A program made the position numbers and the translations under genes. This document shows, in pieces, positions 49,198 through 59,360 of a DNA stretch of 64,000 bases; position 1 is the first letter of the stretch; the number at the start of each line of letters is the position of its first letter. The stretch is taken from NCBI GenBank assembly GCA_963768055.1, contig CAVYGN010000002.1, forward strand, positions 864,001-928,000. Direction: 5' to 3'. The notes beneath the pieces were generated by a model. The model saw only the letters and a program-made list of their open reading frames with translations, did not search any database and had not been told where the DNA came from. Source of the stretch: an uncultured Spirochaetota bacterium (GTDB taxonomy: Bacteria > Spirochaetota > Brevinematia > Brevinematales > JAOACQ01).

Positions 49198-51609
49198 TCA
49201 ACCGATTACAGCCTCGACAGTATGGGTTTTCCCGTCGCCGAAGTTGGGAACAGCATTGCCTTTTATTGCTTCCCCGTCTACAATTAAGCTTATTATCCCC
49301 TTGTTTTTATGCGAAGGGTTTTTTATTTGTATACTATATTCGGCTCCCCTGAACAGGCGCTTGAGTTTGAAACCGTCCCATTTTGCAGGAATGCAGGGAT
49401 CGATTTCAAGTCCGTTATATAACGGCCTTATGCCGAGTATATATTTTACAGCTGCCTGGTAAATCCATGAAGAAGTTCCGGTAAGCCAGCTGTTGCGAGC
49501 GAGTCCGAATTGGGGATGCTCGTCGCCGAGGATATTCTGCGCGTAAACATACGGCTCGCATTCATATTCTTCTATAATATCATTTTTAGCTGCCGGATTG
49601 ATCTGGTTATAATATTCAAAGGCCCTGTCTCCATTACCGATTATTGTTTCGGCAATGATGACCCAGGGATTGGTATGAAGGAAAATTCCGCCGTTTTCCT
49701 TTGCCCCCGGGGGGTAGGATGTGATGCCGCCCTTTTCTTTGTCATATTTGTTAAAACCCGGGGTGCTGAGTTTTATTCCCTTGGAAGTATTGAGTATCTT
49801 CCTGACGGATTCGAGAGATTTTCGGGCTCTTTCAGGAGTTGCCATTCCCGAGATCAGCGGCCAGGACTGGGCGTTGATATATATCTTACCATGCTCGTTG
49901 ATATGGCTGCCCATAGGGGAGCCGTTATGATCAAAATACCGGATGTACCATTCCCCATCCCAGCAGTTTTTATTGAAAATCTCCTTGATCTCTTCATAAT
50001 CCTCCCTGTACCTTCCTGCCGATATGCTGTCGCCCAGGAAATCGCAGAGTTCGATCATTTCAAGCAGATCTTTTCCATAAAGATGCGTATTAAAAAGGGA
50101 TTCGGCTCCCGAAGGAAGGTTAACACAGTCGTTCCAATCGGCAAAACCTAAATGAGGCAGATAGTGTTTTCCGGTATCCTTTTTTGTGTAAGCGAGCGAT
50201 CTTTTCATATGGTCCAGTACGGTACTTTTCTCAAGCGGTTTCTTACCCCTGTCTTTTTTATAATAGGGTATGACCTCGTTCAAAAAATCCATGTCCCCGG
50301 TTTCTTTAAGGTAAGCTGTTACGGACAGGACGATCCAGAGGTGGTCGTCGCCGTAATATTGCGGCCTGTTGGGATGATCCGAGGTTTCACCGGAGGACCC
50401 TTCCATGGTCAGGGGATTGAAACTGTGCATTGCATTTCCGGCGTTCTTCTGGGCCATGAGAATTTTTTTGAGAAATTTCCTGCCTTCCCCGGGCATCTTG
50501 TCAAAAATACCCATCGCGTCCTGTAAACTGTCACGGAAACCGATCCCCCTTGTACCGAGCCCCATCTGGTAGTAAGACATATATCTGGACCAGTTCTTTG
50601 TAATGAGGCATTGGCGGGGATTATGAATGTTAAGCATGCTGTTCATATTAGGATCGGGGGTTTCTACCCTCATTTTCGATAGGTAATCTTTCCAGAAAAG
50701 GACTAATTTGGAAAATGCCGCATCTACATTTTCAGGCGCCCTGAACTTTTCTATCCCTTTTCTCGCTTTGTCAAAACTCTTTTCCTGGCCGAGCTGTGTT
50801 ATGAATTCTTTGGTTTCACCGGGTATGAATTCCCCTAATTTATGAAGCAGGGCCCCGATATTGTCGCCCCTATGGGCTTCGTATGAGTCAAGATCGTCTT
50901 TCTGCAGGGACAAGGGATTAGCCCATGTCCCGTATTCATTGTCGCCAAGAAATCTTTTCCTGTCGGATTCAAATGAAGACACCGGATGGTTTGAAGTGAA
51001 ATAATTGATATTTGTATCTCTTCTCATGAAAGCGTACTGGACGAGCGTCAGAAGACCCCCATCTTCGCGGAAACAGCGTGACTGCATTGTTTGAGGCACC
51101 CAATCAGCGTTATTAAACTGTTTAATTGCTTCGAAGTGAGTATATTCCACTACGCTGACCGCGTCAATCCCGATTTTTTTGTCCGTTATATTTGTGATCC
51201 TTGTACGGCGTATTTCCCTGGAGTCGTTTATGGGGACAAAAATGCAGCAATCGGTCCTGATTCCATAAAATTCCGATACAATCCTGACATAACCAAGACC
51301 GATATGGCATTCATATTTATCATATTTATCGAGTGTCGGCACGAAAAACGGGGAAAAAGTCTTGTAATGGCCATTTTGCCTGATCCTGAGGTAAAGAGTT
51401 TCACCCTTGAAATCCGATGAAGGCATCTGCTGAATATATTTTGTTATCCGGTTTAAAGACGGATCCCCTTTGCATAACAGCGCACCCCCGGTATGGTCGA
51501 CGAAACCCCCAAAAGCAAGGGTGCCTATATAATTGATCCATTTTACTGGTGTTTTGGGATTAGTGATGACATATTCGAAATTATTGTCATCGAAGTAACC
51601 GAAGTTCAT
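49198..51609 (-). CDS. GH94 glycoside phosphorylase (cellobiose/chitobiose phosphorylase-like)
   Basis: FGYFDD...EYVI, GFRDS.QD, ADWNDC, ENGGIF.H, SWLTGT; RBS AGGAGG. Confidence 0.9.
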   Translation of the reverse strand: MNFGYFDDNNFEYVITNPKTPVKWINYIGTLAFGGFVDHTGGALLCKGDPSLNRITKYIQQMPSSDFKGETLYLRIRQNGHYKTFSPFFVPTLDKYDKYECHIGLGYVRIVSEFYGIRTDCCIFVPINDSREIRRTRITNITDKKIGIDAVSVVEYTHFEAIKQFNNADWVPQTMQSRCFREDGGLLTLVQYAFMRRDTNINYFTSNHPVSSFESDRKRFLGDNEYGTWANPLSLQKDDLDSYEAHRGDNIGALLHKLGEFIPGETKEFITQLGQEKSFDKARKGIEKFRAPENVDAAFSKLVLFWKDYLSKMRVETPDPNMNSMLNIHNPRQCLITKNWSRYMSYYQMGLGTRGIGFRDSLQDAMGIFDKMPGEGRKFLKKILMAQKNAGNAMHSFNPLTMEGSSGETSDHPNRPQYYGDDHLWIVLSVTAYLKETGDMDFLNEVIPYYKKDRGKKPLEKSTVLDHMKRSLAYTKKDTGKHYLPHLGFADWNDCVNLPSGAESLFNTHLYGKDLLEMIELCDFLGDSISAGRYREDYEEIKEIFNKNCWDGEWYIRYFDHNGSPMGSHINEHGKIYINAQSWPLISGMATPERARKSLESVRKILNTSKGIKLSTPGFNKYDKEKGGITSYPPGAKENGGIFLHTNPWVIIAETIIGNGDRAFEYYNQINPAAKNDIIEEYECEPYVYAQNILGDEHPQFGLARNSWLTGTSSWIYQAAVKYILGIRPLYNGLEIDPCIPAKWDGFKLKRLFRGAEYSIQIKNPSHKNKGIISLIVDGEAIKGNAVPNFGDGKTHTVEAVIG

Positions 51610-51683
51610 TTTTGTTCGCCTCCTAAATTGATGGCCACTACAACCGAATATTTTATACAATTTAGACGGATAAGTCAAACGTA

Positions 51684-51784
51684 AGTCAACAGTCAAGAAT
51701 CGATAGTCAGGAGTTAACTATCGACTGTAGGCTGTTGACTGCCGACTGTTAATTGTCGACTATCGGCTATCGACTCCTGACTAT
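51684..51784. repeat. Inverted heptanucleotide tandem array
   Basis: 5 units AGTCRRN followed by 9 units TRTYGAC. Confidence 0.8.
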
Positions 51785-51860
51785 ATATCACAAGGTTTTG
51801 TTGTATTAATTTAAAGTGATATTTATAATAATATTAAGGACATGGAAAATAGGGAGTATT

Positions 51861-53723
51861 ATGGGAATCCTTAAGGATAAAAAAGAAAAGCTCGGCATAG
51901 ATTCGCTCGGATATGACGATCAGAGCAAATTATACAAGGATTTTGTCAACGTCGGAGGCAAAGTAATTGATTTGAAGGCCGGCCCCCAAAAGGTTTTAAA
52001 TGAACAACTTGAAAAATGGATTGATATAAGAGAAGATGAGCAGCAGAGGCGGCTCCTGGAAGAGCAGCAGAAAAATGAAGAGGAATCAATGCGCCGGAAG
52101 GCCCAGGCCAGCCGCGAAAGGCTTCAAAGCTTAATTAAAAAAAATACCGTGCCGCAAATGAAGACCGGCGGAGAAGAAACCAAATCCGAAATTAAAATAA
52201 AGAAGGTTAAAGAGCCGAATCCTACCCAGGATTATTTCAGCCGCCTCGCCGCCAAGATAGTATGTGTAATATATGGCGTTATCAGTTTCTGGGGAAATCA
52301 TTTTAACAGGAATTTTCTTGACCTGACTTTATATGATCTGAAAAACGGGCTTATCGAAAGCCAGCAAATCCTTGTTTCCATCCTGCACCAGGATAAAGAG
52401 TTTTCAACTGAAGTAAGAATGCAATTCAAGGAAAAAGGCTATCCCTTTTATTTCGAACTGTTATACCGCTATTACCTGATCTTTGACGATGAGGTATTTA
52501 ACCTTATCAGGGAATTAAGGACCGCGGATAACCCTATACAGCGCGGAAAATTTGCGTTTATTAAATTGTTCAAAAAGATCCTGGTATTATCCCGCTACCA
52601 TCCTTCCCTCATCAACGCGTTTTCAAGGGCGTTGTCGATGGAGAAAATCGCAAAGAAACTGACTGATAATGTCGTTGATTTCAATCTTAGAAAATTGTAT
52701 CGCACTTATCATTTTTTATTTTACAAGTATTATCCTAAAATTTTAAATCTTATAGATTACTATTATAAAGACGAGATTTTCCTGGGCAGGAACATCCCGT
52801 ATCCGGAATTCCTTGGAATAACAGAGATTGATAGCCTTGGTTATTATTCAAGGCTGTGGGACGAGGAAAGTGCAAGGGAAAGACAGAAGGCTGAGCAGAA
52901 AGAAAAAATAAAAACGCAAAAGACCTCTGAAGAGCCCTCGGAAGCCCAACCGGGCGGGGAAGAAGTTCAGGCAGGCATGGAAAACCTTCCTGAAGAAGTC
53001 GCCCTGGGTATAACAATGATCAAGGACAGGGTAAATTTTAAGGATGTCATTAAGTTTTATATGGATTCGAAAGATCCGAGGATGATTCTGCCTGTTTATG
53101 ATAAGGCTTTTCTTGCTTCGACTCTCCTGGAAACATTCGACAAGGAATATTCTTTTCTTTTTATTGCTTCAAATGTCCAGTTTAATATTTTTTTTGACAG
53201 GGGCCAGAGAAAGGACATTAAGAACATTCTTAAGGATCTTTACTTCCATATGGATGATATATATAAAAAAGTATATGAATACGTCAAAATCATCTCCGAG
53301 ATAAAAAAAACAAAAGAAGATGTGTTTATGCCGCCCAAAGATAAATTTTCAAGGAACCACCAGCTGAAATTTCAGAAAAGTGTAATTTCGAGATCGATAA
53401 GGACTCAAACGCAGATTTTAATGACCGATTTTAAAAACAATCTTCTTGTGGTGCTTTCGGATTATAAACAGGATAAGTTTTTTATCCAGAACCCCGATGA
53501 GGTTATTAATTATGAAACGAATGTCGCCGGCAAAAAAATGAGTCATAAAGAAACCATTGTTGACATTTTCAAGCTGGCTTATTACTACTCTTCAGCCCTG
53601 TCGTATCTGCTCCAGGACGGGGAGCTCAGCGGGGCATTTACCAATGTCAAGAAGCCCGTTTTTCTGGACGGCCTGACGGCGCCTGAAGAAGAAGACGAGG
53701 AGGAGGAAGCCTCCCTCGTTTAA
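51861..53723 (+). CDS. Large helical hypothetical protein
   Basis: Long ORF with RBS GGGAG, charged coiled-coil stretches; no recognised family. Confidence 0.75.
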   Translation: MGILKDKKEKLGIDSLGYDDQSKLYKDFVNVGGKVIDLKAGPQKVLNEQLEKWIDIREDEQQRRLLEEQQKNEEESMRRKAQASRERLQSLIKKNTVPQMKTGGEETKSEIKIKKVKEPNPTQDYFSRLAAKIVCVIYGVISFWGNHFNRNFLDLTLYDLKNGLIESQQILVSILHQDKEFSTEVRMQFKEKGYPFYFELLYRYYLIFDDEVFNLIRELRTADNPIQRGKFAFIKLFKKILVLSRYHPSLINAFSRALSMEKIAKKLTDNVVDFNLRKLYRTYHFLFYKYYPKILNLIDYYYKDEIFLGRNIPYPEFLGITEIDSLGYYSRLWDEESARERQKAEQKEKIKTQKTSEEPSEAQPGGEEVQAGMENLPEEVALGITMIKDRVNFKDVIKFYMDSKDPRMILPVYDKAFLASTLLETFDKEYSFLFIASNVQFNIFFDRGQRKDIKNILKDLYFHMDDIYKKVYEYVKIISEIKKTKEDVFMPPKDKFSRNHQLKFQKSVISRSIRTQTQILMTDFKNNLLVVLSDYKQDKFFIQNPDEVINYETNVAGKKMSHKETIVDIFKLAYYYSSALSYLLQDGELSGAFTNVKKPVFLDGLTAPEEEDEEEEASLV

Positions 53724-55069
53724 TTTTTCCCGGGTGCAGCCGAATATAGAGGGTCGAAAAGTTTATCGATTTCCTCCGGGGATATTCCTGTAAAAGCGTT
53801 TATCGCTTTCTTATATTCTTCCATGCTTAATAAGTTCATCTTTTCCATCAAGTGGTATAGTTTCTTTACCCTGTAATAACCGATCGCGGGGAGCAATGCG
53901 TTAAACATTACGTTTGAATGCACCAGATTCTTTTCTATCCTTTTGCTGTTGATTTCCATCAGCGGGAAAAAATTATCAAGCAGGGAACCGGTCATTTTTT
54001 TTATCCTGTCGTGTATATCTATAAAAGCCTCAACGATGAAAGGCAGGAAAGGGTTAAGCTGGAGCTGACCGTTTTTTGAATATTCCATTATCCCGTATGC
54101 GGCTGATTGCACGGCTATGGATAATCCCCTTGAATACTCAAGTATGACGGGATTTGTTTTTGCCGGCATAATAGTTGAACCGAACTGGAGTTCCGGGTGG
54201 GTGATTTCACCGGTTATAGAAGAAGTGTAAATGAGCAGGTCGCCTGTAATTTTAAAGATATTTTGTGCAAAAATACAGTAACCGGATGCCAGTTCAGACC
54301 ATTTGTCCTGGTTGGCTATTTCATCCGTAAGGTTCTGGCTCCGGCTCAGGGGCAGTCCTGTGAATTCCCTGAGATATTTTTCGGCAAGAAATATGTAATT
54401 CCTTGGCGCAGAAAAGCATGTTCCGATCGCCGTGCCGCCGAGCGCGATCAGGCGGATCCTTTCTTTAAGTTTATTAAGCCTCCACCGGTCGCGTTCTATC
54501 GGTCCCGCCCAGGAGGCAAATACCTGTCCGAGAGTTATCGGGAGTGCATCCTGCATTTCTGTCCTGCCTGTCATCAGGAGACTGCCGGTTTTGTTTTCTT
54601 TAATCGTAAGGACTTCCTGGAGCTTTATTACCAGGTTTTCTATCTCTGCGAGATGGCGGTAAAGCATAATTGTTACTGCTGTGGGAAAGGTGTCGTTTGT
54701 GGATTGATACCTGTTGATATCCGAAATCGGGTCGATCTTTATTTTTTCCCCTGTTTTTTTTAAAAACAGATCCGATGCCCTTCCGGAGATCACTTCGTTG
54801 ACATTCATATTAATGCTTGTGCCGGCCCCCCCCTGTTCAAGCGGTAGAGGAAAATCATTATCCAGACTCCCGGCGATGACTTCGTCAACAGCCTCGATAA
54901 CACAGTTAAAAATTTCATGCTCAAAAACTTTGCTCTGGTCCTGCATCGCGAAGAGGCAGCTTTTTTTAACCTCGCCGTATGCGCGAATGAGGTCCCTTCC
55001 TATAAATCCGTTTCCGAAATTCGACAGGGCTTTGACCGTTTCTTTGCCGTAATATTTCTTCAAGGGCAT
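53720..55069 (-). CDS. aspA: Aspartate ammonia-lyase/fumarase superfamily protein, divergent
   Basis: QGGAGTS.NMN.NEVI, QSTNDTFPT, GRTEMQDA, GSTIMPAKTNP. Confidence 0.75.
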   Translation of the reverse strand: MPLKKYYGKETVKALSNFGNGFIGRDLIRAYGEVKKSCLFAMQDQSKVFEHEIFNCVIEAVDEVIAGSLDNDFPLPLEQGGAGTSINMNVNEVISGRASDLFLKKTGEKIKIDPISDINRYQSTNDTFPTAVTIMLYRHLAEIENLVIKLQEVLTIKENKTGSLLMTGRTEMQDALPITLGQVFASWAGPIERDRWRLNKLKERIRLIALGGTAIGTCFSAPRNYIFLAEKYLREFTGLPLSRSQNLTDEIANQDKWSELASGYCIFAQNIFKITGDLLIYTSSITGEITHPELQFGSTIMPAKTNPVILEYSRGLSIAVQSAAYGIMEYSKNGQLQLNPFLPFIVEAFIDIHDRIKKMTGSLLDNFFPLMEINSKRIEKNLVHSNVMFNALLPAIGYYRVKKLYHLMEKMNLLSMEEYKKAINAFTGISPEEIDKLFDPLYSAAPGKN

Positions 55070-55080
55070 ATTAAGCCTCC

Positions 55081-55206
55081 TTTGCAATTATAAAGCAGAA
55101 CAGGCATTCGGGTCTTTCGGCGATCAAAGACCTTCTTATAAACAATCTAAATCAATACAGGGGAATGCAGCCGCAGCATGACGATATGACTATTGTCATA
55201 GTATAA
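55081..55206 (+). pseudogene. C-terminal relic of a PP2C/SpoIIE (RsbU-like) phosphatase
   Basis: Reads FAIIKQNRHSGLSAIKDLLINNLNQYRGMQPQHDDMTIVIV*; terminal DDMT(hydrophobic) motif; no start. Confidence 0.65.
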
Positions 55207-55223
55207 AGGCAAGGGATCAGCCC

Positions 55224-56090
55224 CTAATCTTGCTCCTCCAATAACTTATTCTTAAATAAAGAGAGTTTTTTCAATTGATCCTCGGTTATTTCCGGAAGGT
55301 TTAAATTTAAATTTTCCATTGTTTTTATAATAATTTCGGAGATCGCCAGCCGTGCAAACCATTTTTTATCGGAGGGAATAATATACCATGGCGCATAGGA
55401 AGCACCGGTTTCCCTGATTACTTCCCCGTAACATTTCATGTAATGATCCCAATAGGCCCGTTCGGCAACATCGGCTTCGGAAAACTTCCAATTTTTCGAA
55501 GGATCTTCAATGCGAGACAGTAACCGCTGCCTTTGTTCCTCTTTGGAAATATGTAAAAAGAACTTGACCGGTATAATTCCGTTTTCAAATAAATACCGTT
55601 CAAAATCCCTGATTTCACGGAACCTGTTCTTCCAGAGATCTCCCGAAATCAAATCCGGCGGGATTTTTTCTTTTTTTATCATGTTATGGACCCGCACCAC
55701 TAATACTTCCTCGTAATAGGAGCGGTTAAATATTCCGATGCATCCGCGTTCCGGCAAGCACCTGGAGACCCGCCATAAGTAATCATGGTTTAGCTCTTGC
55801 GATGAGGGCTGTTTAAAACTATAGACCTGGGTGCTTTGGGGATTTAGCCCGCTCATGACATGTTTAATTGCACCGTCTTTTCCCGCCGTATCCATCGCTT
55901 GAAAAATTATCAAAACCGCATATGAGTTTACTGCATAAAGACGGTACTGGAGTTCGATCATTTTCTTTATATTAATAGTCAGGGCTTTTTCGGCGTCTTC
56001 CTTATCTTTAAAATCCCCTGTATCTTTGGGGTCTATTTTTGCTAAATTTAAGCCTTTTTCCTCACTCGACCTGAACCTGGATATATTCAT
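55224..56090 (-). CDS. ppk2: Polyphosphate kinase 2, class III-like
   Basis: AMDTAGKDG, FNRSYYEEVL, KFFLHIS, KNWKF. Confidence 0.9.
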   Translation of the reverse strand: MNISRFRSSEEKGLNLAKIDPKDTGDFKDKEDAEKALTINIKKMIELQYRLYAVNSYAVLIIFQAMDTAGKDGAIKHVMSGLNPQSTQVYSFKQPSSQELNHDYLWRVSRCLPERGCIGIFNRSYYEEVLVVRVHNMIKKEKIPPDLISGDLWKNRFREIRDFERYLFENGIIPVKFFLHISKEEQRQRLLSRIEDPSKNWKFSEADVAERAYWDHYMKCYGEVIRETGASYAPWYIIPSDKKWFARLAISEIIIKTMENLNLNLPEITEDQLKKLSLFKNKLLEEQD

Positions 56091-57109
56091 GATACCATTC
56101 CTCCTCTTACCGTACGGGAAACGGAGTCCCCCCTGTCTTTAAGTATGTACTTTCCCCCGGATTTGGCGCGCAGCTCAAGACAACTTATACATTTAATCCC
56201 GTCTTCATCGATGCATGCTTTACCGGGATAGAGGGAGTAATCTTTTCTATAGGGAAGGGGAGTGATATTTGGCATAAGGACGTTGGCGCCCGACGAGAGG
56301 ATCTTTTCGCGCCCCTGGGGGTCGATACTGCCTGCCGCAGTTGTTGCCGGGATGTTGGACCGGGGAAGGAGAAGCCTTACAAGCGCGACAGCACGGATCG
56401 TAAGTTCCAGGCCGGGGTTTGCCGTGCCTTTCAATGGCGTGTCAGGGTGAGGGATAAAAGGGCCTATTCCCACCATATCGAGTTCAAGTTCGCGGCATAA
56501 CAGGGCGTTTTGTATCCTGATTTCCTCGGTTTCACCCGGCAGGCCAACCATATAGCCGGAGCCGACTTCATAATCTGCTTCCTTAAGATCATAAAGGGCT
56601 TTTAGTCGCGATTCAAGCGTAATGCCGGAGCGCAGATAAATATGCAGTCCGGGGTCGGATGTTTCAAACCGGAGCAGGTAGCGGTCCGCACCGGCCTTTT
56701 TAAACCTTTGATAATCCTCTTTCTTTCTTATTCCGCATGACAGGGTCAGGGCAGCCTTCCCCCCGGTCGCGTTTTTTATCTTTTCAATGAGCCTTGTCAG
56801 TACTGCAGCCGAGTAATAAAGGTCTTCACCGCTTTGAAGTACAAAGGTTAAAAGGCCTGACTCGAACCCCTTTCTAACCGTTTTAATAATAAGATCATCC
56901 GGCAACCTGTACCGGTTAACTCTTGCATTGCTTTTGCGTATCCCGCAATAAAGGCAGTCTCTTGAACAGAAATTGGAGAATTCTATCAGTCCCCTCAGAA
57001 AAATACCGCCGCGGTTGTTTGCATGCGATACTTCTTCTGCTTTTTTAGACAATTCTTCAAGCCCGGAAGTTTTATAAAAGTCTACGATCGATTTAATATC
57101 GGAATTCAT
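56087..57109 (-). CDS. hydE: [FeFe]-hydrogenase maturase HydE
   Basis: RGLIEFSNFCSRDCLYCG, LLRFET, IPATTA, Y.LYPGK. Confidence 0.88.
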   Translation of the reverse strand: MNSDIKSIVDFYKTSGLEELSKKAEEVSHANNRGGIFLRGLIEFSNFCSRDCLYCGIRKSNARVNRYRLPDDLIIKTVRKGFESGLLTFVLQSGEDLYYSAAVLTRLIEKIKNATGGKAALTLSCGIRKKEDYQRFKKAGADRYLLRFETSDPGLHIYLRSGITLESRLKALYDLKEADYEVGSGYMVGLPGETEEIRIQNALLCRELELDMVGIGPFIPHPDTPLKGTANPGLELTIRAVALVRLLLPRSNIPATTAAGSIDPQGREKILSSGANVLMPNITPLPYRKDYSLYPGKACIDEDGIKCISCLELRAKSGGKYILKDRGDSVSRTVRGGMVS

Positions 57110-57885
57110 GTTTTTCTGTATACTACGGAAGCGGAAGCCTGGTGGAGCGGCAAAAGCGTGATCTCGGCTATCTGTACGTTTTCCGGCGCGGAAACGGCAT
57201 AAATTACAGCATCGGCTATGTCATCAGCGTTAAGAGGTTTTATACCCTTGTAAAAATTTTTAGCCTGGTTTTCATTCCCATGGAACCGGACTATGCCGAA
57301 CTCTGTTTCGGCGAAACCGGGCTGAACATTTGTGACCTTAACCGGACGGTCTACAACTTCCATCCTTACAGAGTCGGAGATAAAACGCACTGCCGCTTTT
57401 GTCGCACAATATACCGCCCCGTTAGGGTATGCCTGTGTACCGGCGATAGAACCTATATTAATAATATGGGCCGGATGATCCGCCGGAAGAAGCTGTAAAA
57501 AAATCCGGGTTATATAAAGGAGCCCCTTTATATTTGTATCGATCATCGTATCCCAGTCATCGGTAATGCCGTCCTGAACTTTTTCAAAACCGAGGGCCAG
57601 GCCTGCGTTATTGATGAGGATGTCGATTTTCTTCCATTCTGCGGGAAGATTGTTAAACCAGTATTCGACGGATTCGCAGTCCCTAACATCGAGTTTTCCC
57701 GAATAAATATTCGTATGGAAACGGCGTTTCAGATCCAATGAAATTTCATTTAACTTTTCGATCCTTCTGGCGCAAAGGATAAGGCGGCATCCCGCTTTCG
57801 CAAATTTCTCCGCGAATGCTTTGCCGAAGCCGCTTGATGCGCCGGTAATAAAAACCGTCTTACCATCGAGTACATTATTTGGCAT
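57106..57885 (-). CDS. YdfG-like NADP-dependent SDR
   Basis: TGASSGFG, NNAGLALG, YCATK, ETEF..VRF. Confidence 0.85.
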   Translation of the reverse strand: MPNNVLDGKTVFITGASSGFGKAFAEKFAKAGCRLILCARRIEKLNEISLDLKRRFHTNIYSGKLDVRDCESVEYWFNNLPAEWKKIDILINNAGLALGFEKVQDGITDDWDTMIDTNIKGLLYITRIFLQLLPADHPAHIINIGSIAGTQAYPNGAVYCATKAAVRFISDSVRMEVVDRPVKVTNVQPGFAETEFGIVRFHGNENQAKNFYKGIKPLNADDIADAVIYAVSAPENVQIAEITLLPLHQASASVVYRKT

Positions 57886-57956
57886 TTTTACCTCCTTAAC
57901 ACGATAAATCGGTGCTTGTACCAGTAGGGCACGTAGGGCCCGCAGGGAGAAGCGCC

Positions 57957-59360
57957 CTAAAAATATATATCCCTTTCGCCGTTTTCGATTTTTACAAGGA
58001 CTTCTTTCATTTTTTGTTTGAGCTGTAGTTTATCTACATTGAATATAAGCCTATTTATAAGTTTTGTTCCCTTTTCCCTTGTCGGCGGGAAGGCGTAATC
58101 GCTGAGATATTCCTTGAAGGTAAAGACAGCGTTGGGAAAGCAAAACTCTTTTATGAGGCCCGGTTTGGCCAGGTCCATGAAATCATGTCCGACCCTTCCC
58201 CGTCTGTAACATCCAGTGCAAAAAGAGGGCACATAACCGTCGTCTATAAGTCCGGATATGACCTCGTCAAGGGATCTGTGATCTCCAAGGGAAAACTGGC
58301 TTCCCGTATCGGCCCCGCTACCTCCGTAAGCCCCGGGATTTGTCCGGGATCCTGCGGATATCTGGCTTATCCCGTAATGGAAAAGTTCAGTACGGAGTTT
58401 TTCACTCTCACGTGTTGAAAGAATTATGCCGGTGTAAGGCAGGGCGATCCTTATAATAGATACAAGCTTTTTAAAATCCTCGTCGCTGACAGGATGGGGT
58501 ATATGCCTTGAAAGGGGCGCCCCGTCAGCCGGTTCGATCCTTGGAACGCTGACAGTATGCGGGCCGCATCCGAAAGTTTTTTCAAGATGGGAGGCATGTT
58601 CCATAAGCGAGAGGACTTCGAACCTGTAATCCGCCAGTCCGAAAAGAGCACCTATGCCTACATCGTCAATTCCGCCCTCCATGGCCCTGTCCATAACCGA
58701 TAACCGCCATTCGAAATCAGCTTTTTTCCCTGTGGGATGATATTTTTGATACAGGACCTCGTCGTAAGTTTCCTGGAAGCAGACATATGTGCCTATCTTC
58801 TCCGACTTAAGTTTCGCGAAACTTTCAGTGTCCTGAGGAGCGATCTCAATATTGATCCTTCTTACATAAGCTTTATTTTCCCGGGCCGTATAGGCTGTCC
58901 TTATAGAGGAGATAAAATAATCGAGCGGGAGGTCTTCGGTTTCACCGCAGAGCATGAGTATTCTTTTATGGCCCTGTTTCAGGAGCGACTTGACCTCCTC
59001 TTCTATTCCGGACAGAGTGAGGTTTATCCTTTTAATAGATACGTTGTCCTTGCGAAAGGCGCAGTAAAGGCAATTATTCGAACACTTGTTGCCTATATAA
59101 AGGGGCGCGAACAGCACGATCCTGTTTCCATAAATTTCCTGCTTGATAAGGTTTGCGGCCTTGAACAGTTTTTCCATCTGTTCTTTTCCTTTTATCTGGA
59201 GAAGAGCCGACACTTCTTTAAGATTCAAGCCTTTGAGCTTCATCGCCTTATTCAATATTTCATCAAGTTCGCCGGCGTCCGGTTCCCGCCGGACAGACAG
59301 CTCGTAAAGATAGGCCCTGTCAATGAAATTCTTTTGGGTCTGTGTCAATCGTGGGTTCAT
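57957..59360 (-). CDS. hydG: [FeFe]-hydrogenase maturase HydG
   Basis: CSNNCLYC radical SAM, FQETY, C-terminal CTGC-x22-C. Confidence 0.93.
   Translation of the reverse strand: MNPRLTQTQKNFIDRAYLYELSVRREPDAGELDEILNKAMKLKGLNLKEVSALLQIKGKEQMEKLFKAANLIKQEIYGNRIVLFAPLYIGNKCSNNCLYCAFRKDNVSIKRINLTLSGIEEEVKSLLKQGHKRILMLCGETEDLPLDYFISSIRTAYTARENKAYVRRINIEIAPQDTESFAKLKSEKIGTYVCFQETYDEVLYQKYHPTGKKADFEWRLSVMDRAMEGGIDDVGIGALFGLADYRFEVLSLMEHASHLEKTFGCGPHTVSVPRIEPADGAPLSRHIPHPVSDEDFKKLVSIIRIALPYTGIILSTRESEKLRTELFHYGISQISAGSRTNPGAYGGSGADTGSQFSLGDHRSLDEVISGLIDDGYVPSFCTGCYRRGRVGHDFMDLAKPGLIKEFCFPNAVFTFKEYLSDYAFPPTREKGTKLINRLIFNVDKLQLKQKMKEVLVKIENGERDIYF

Noticed and set aside
56087..59360. bioB and thiH
   Set aside because: HydG C-terminal Cx2Cx22C, HydE YxxY motif and TM1266 context favour maturases
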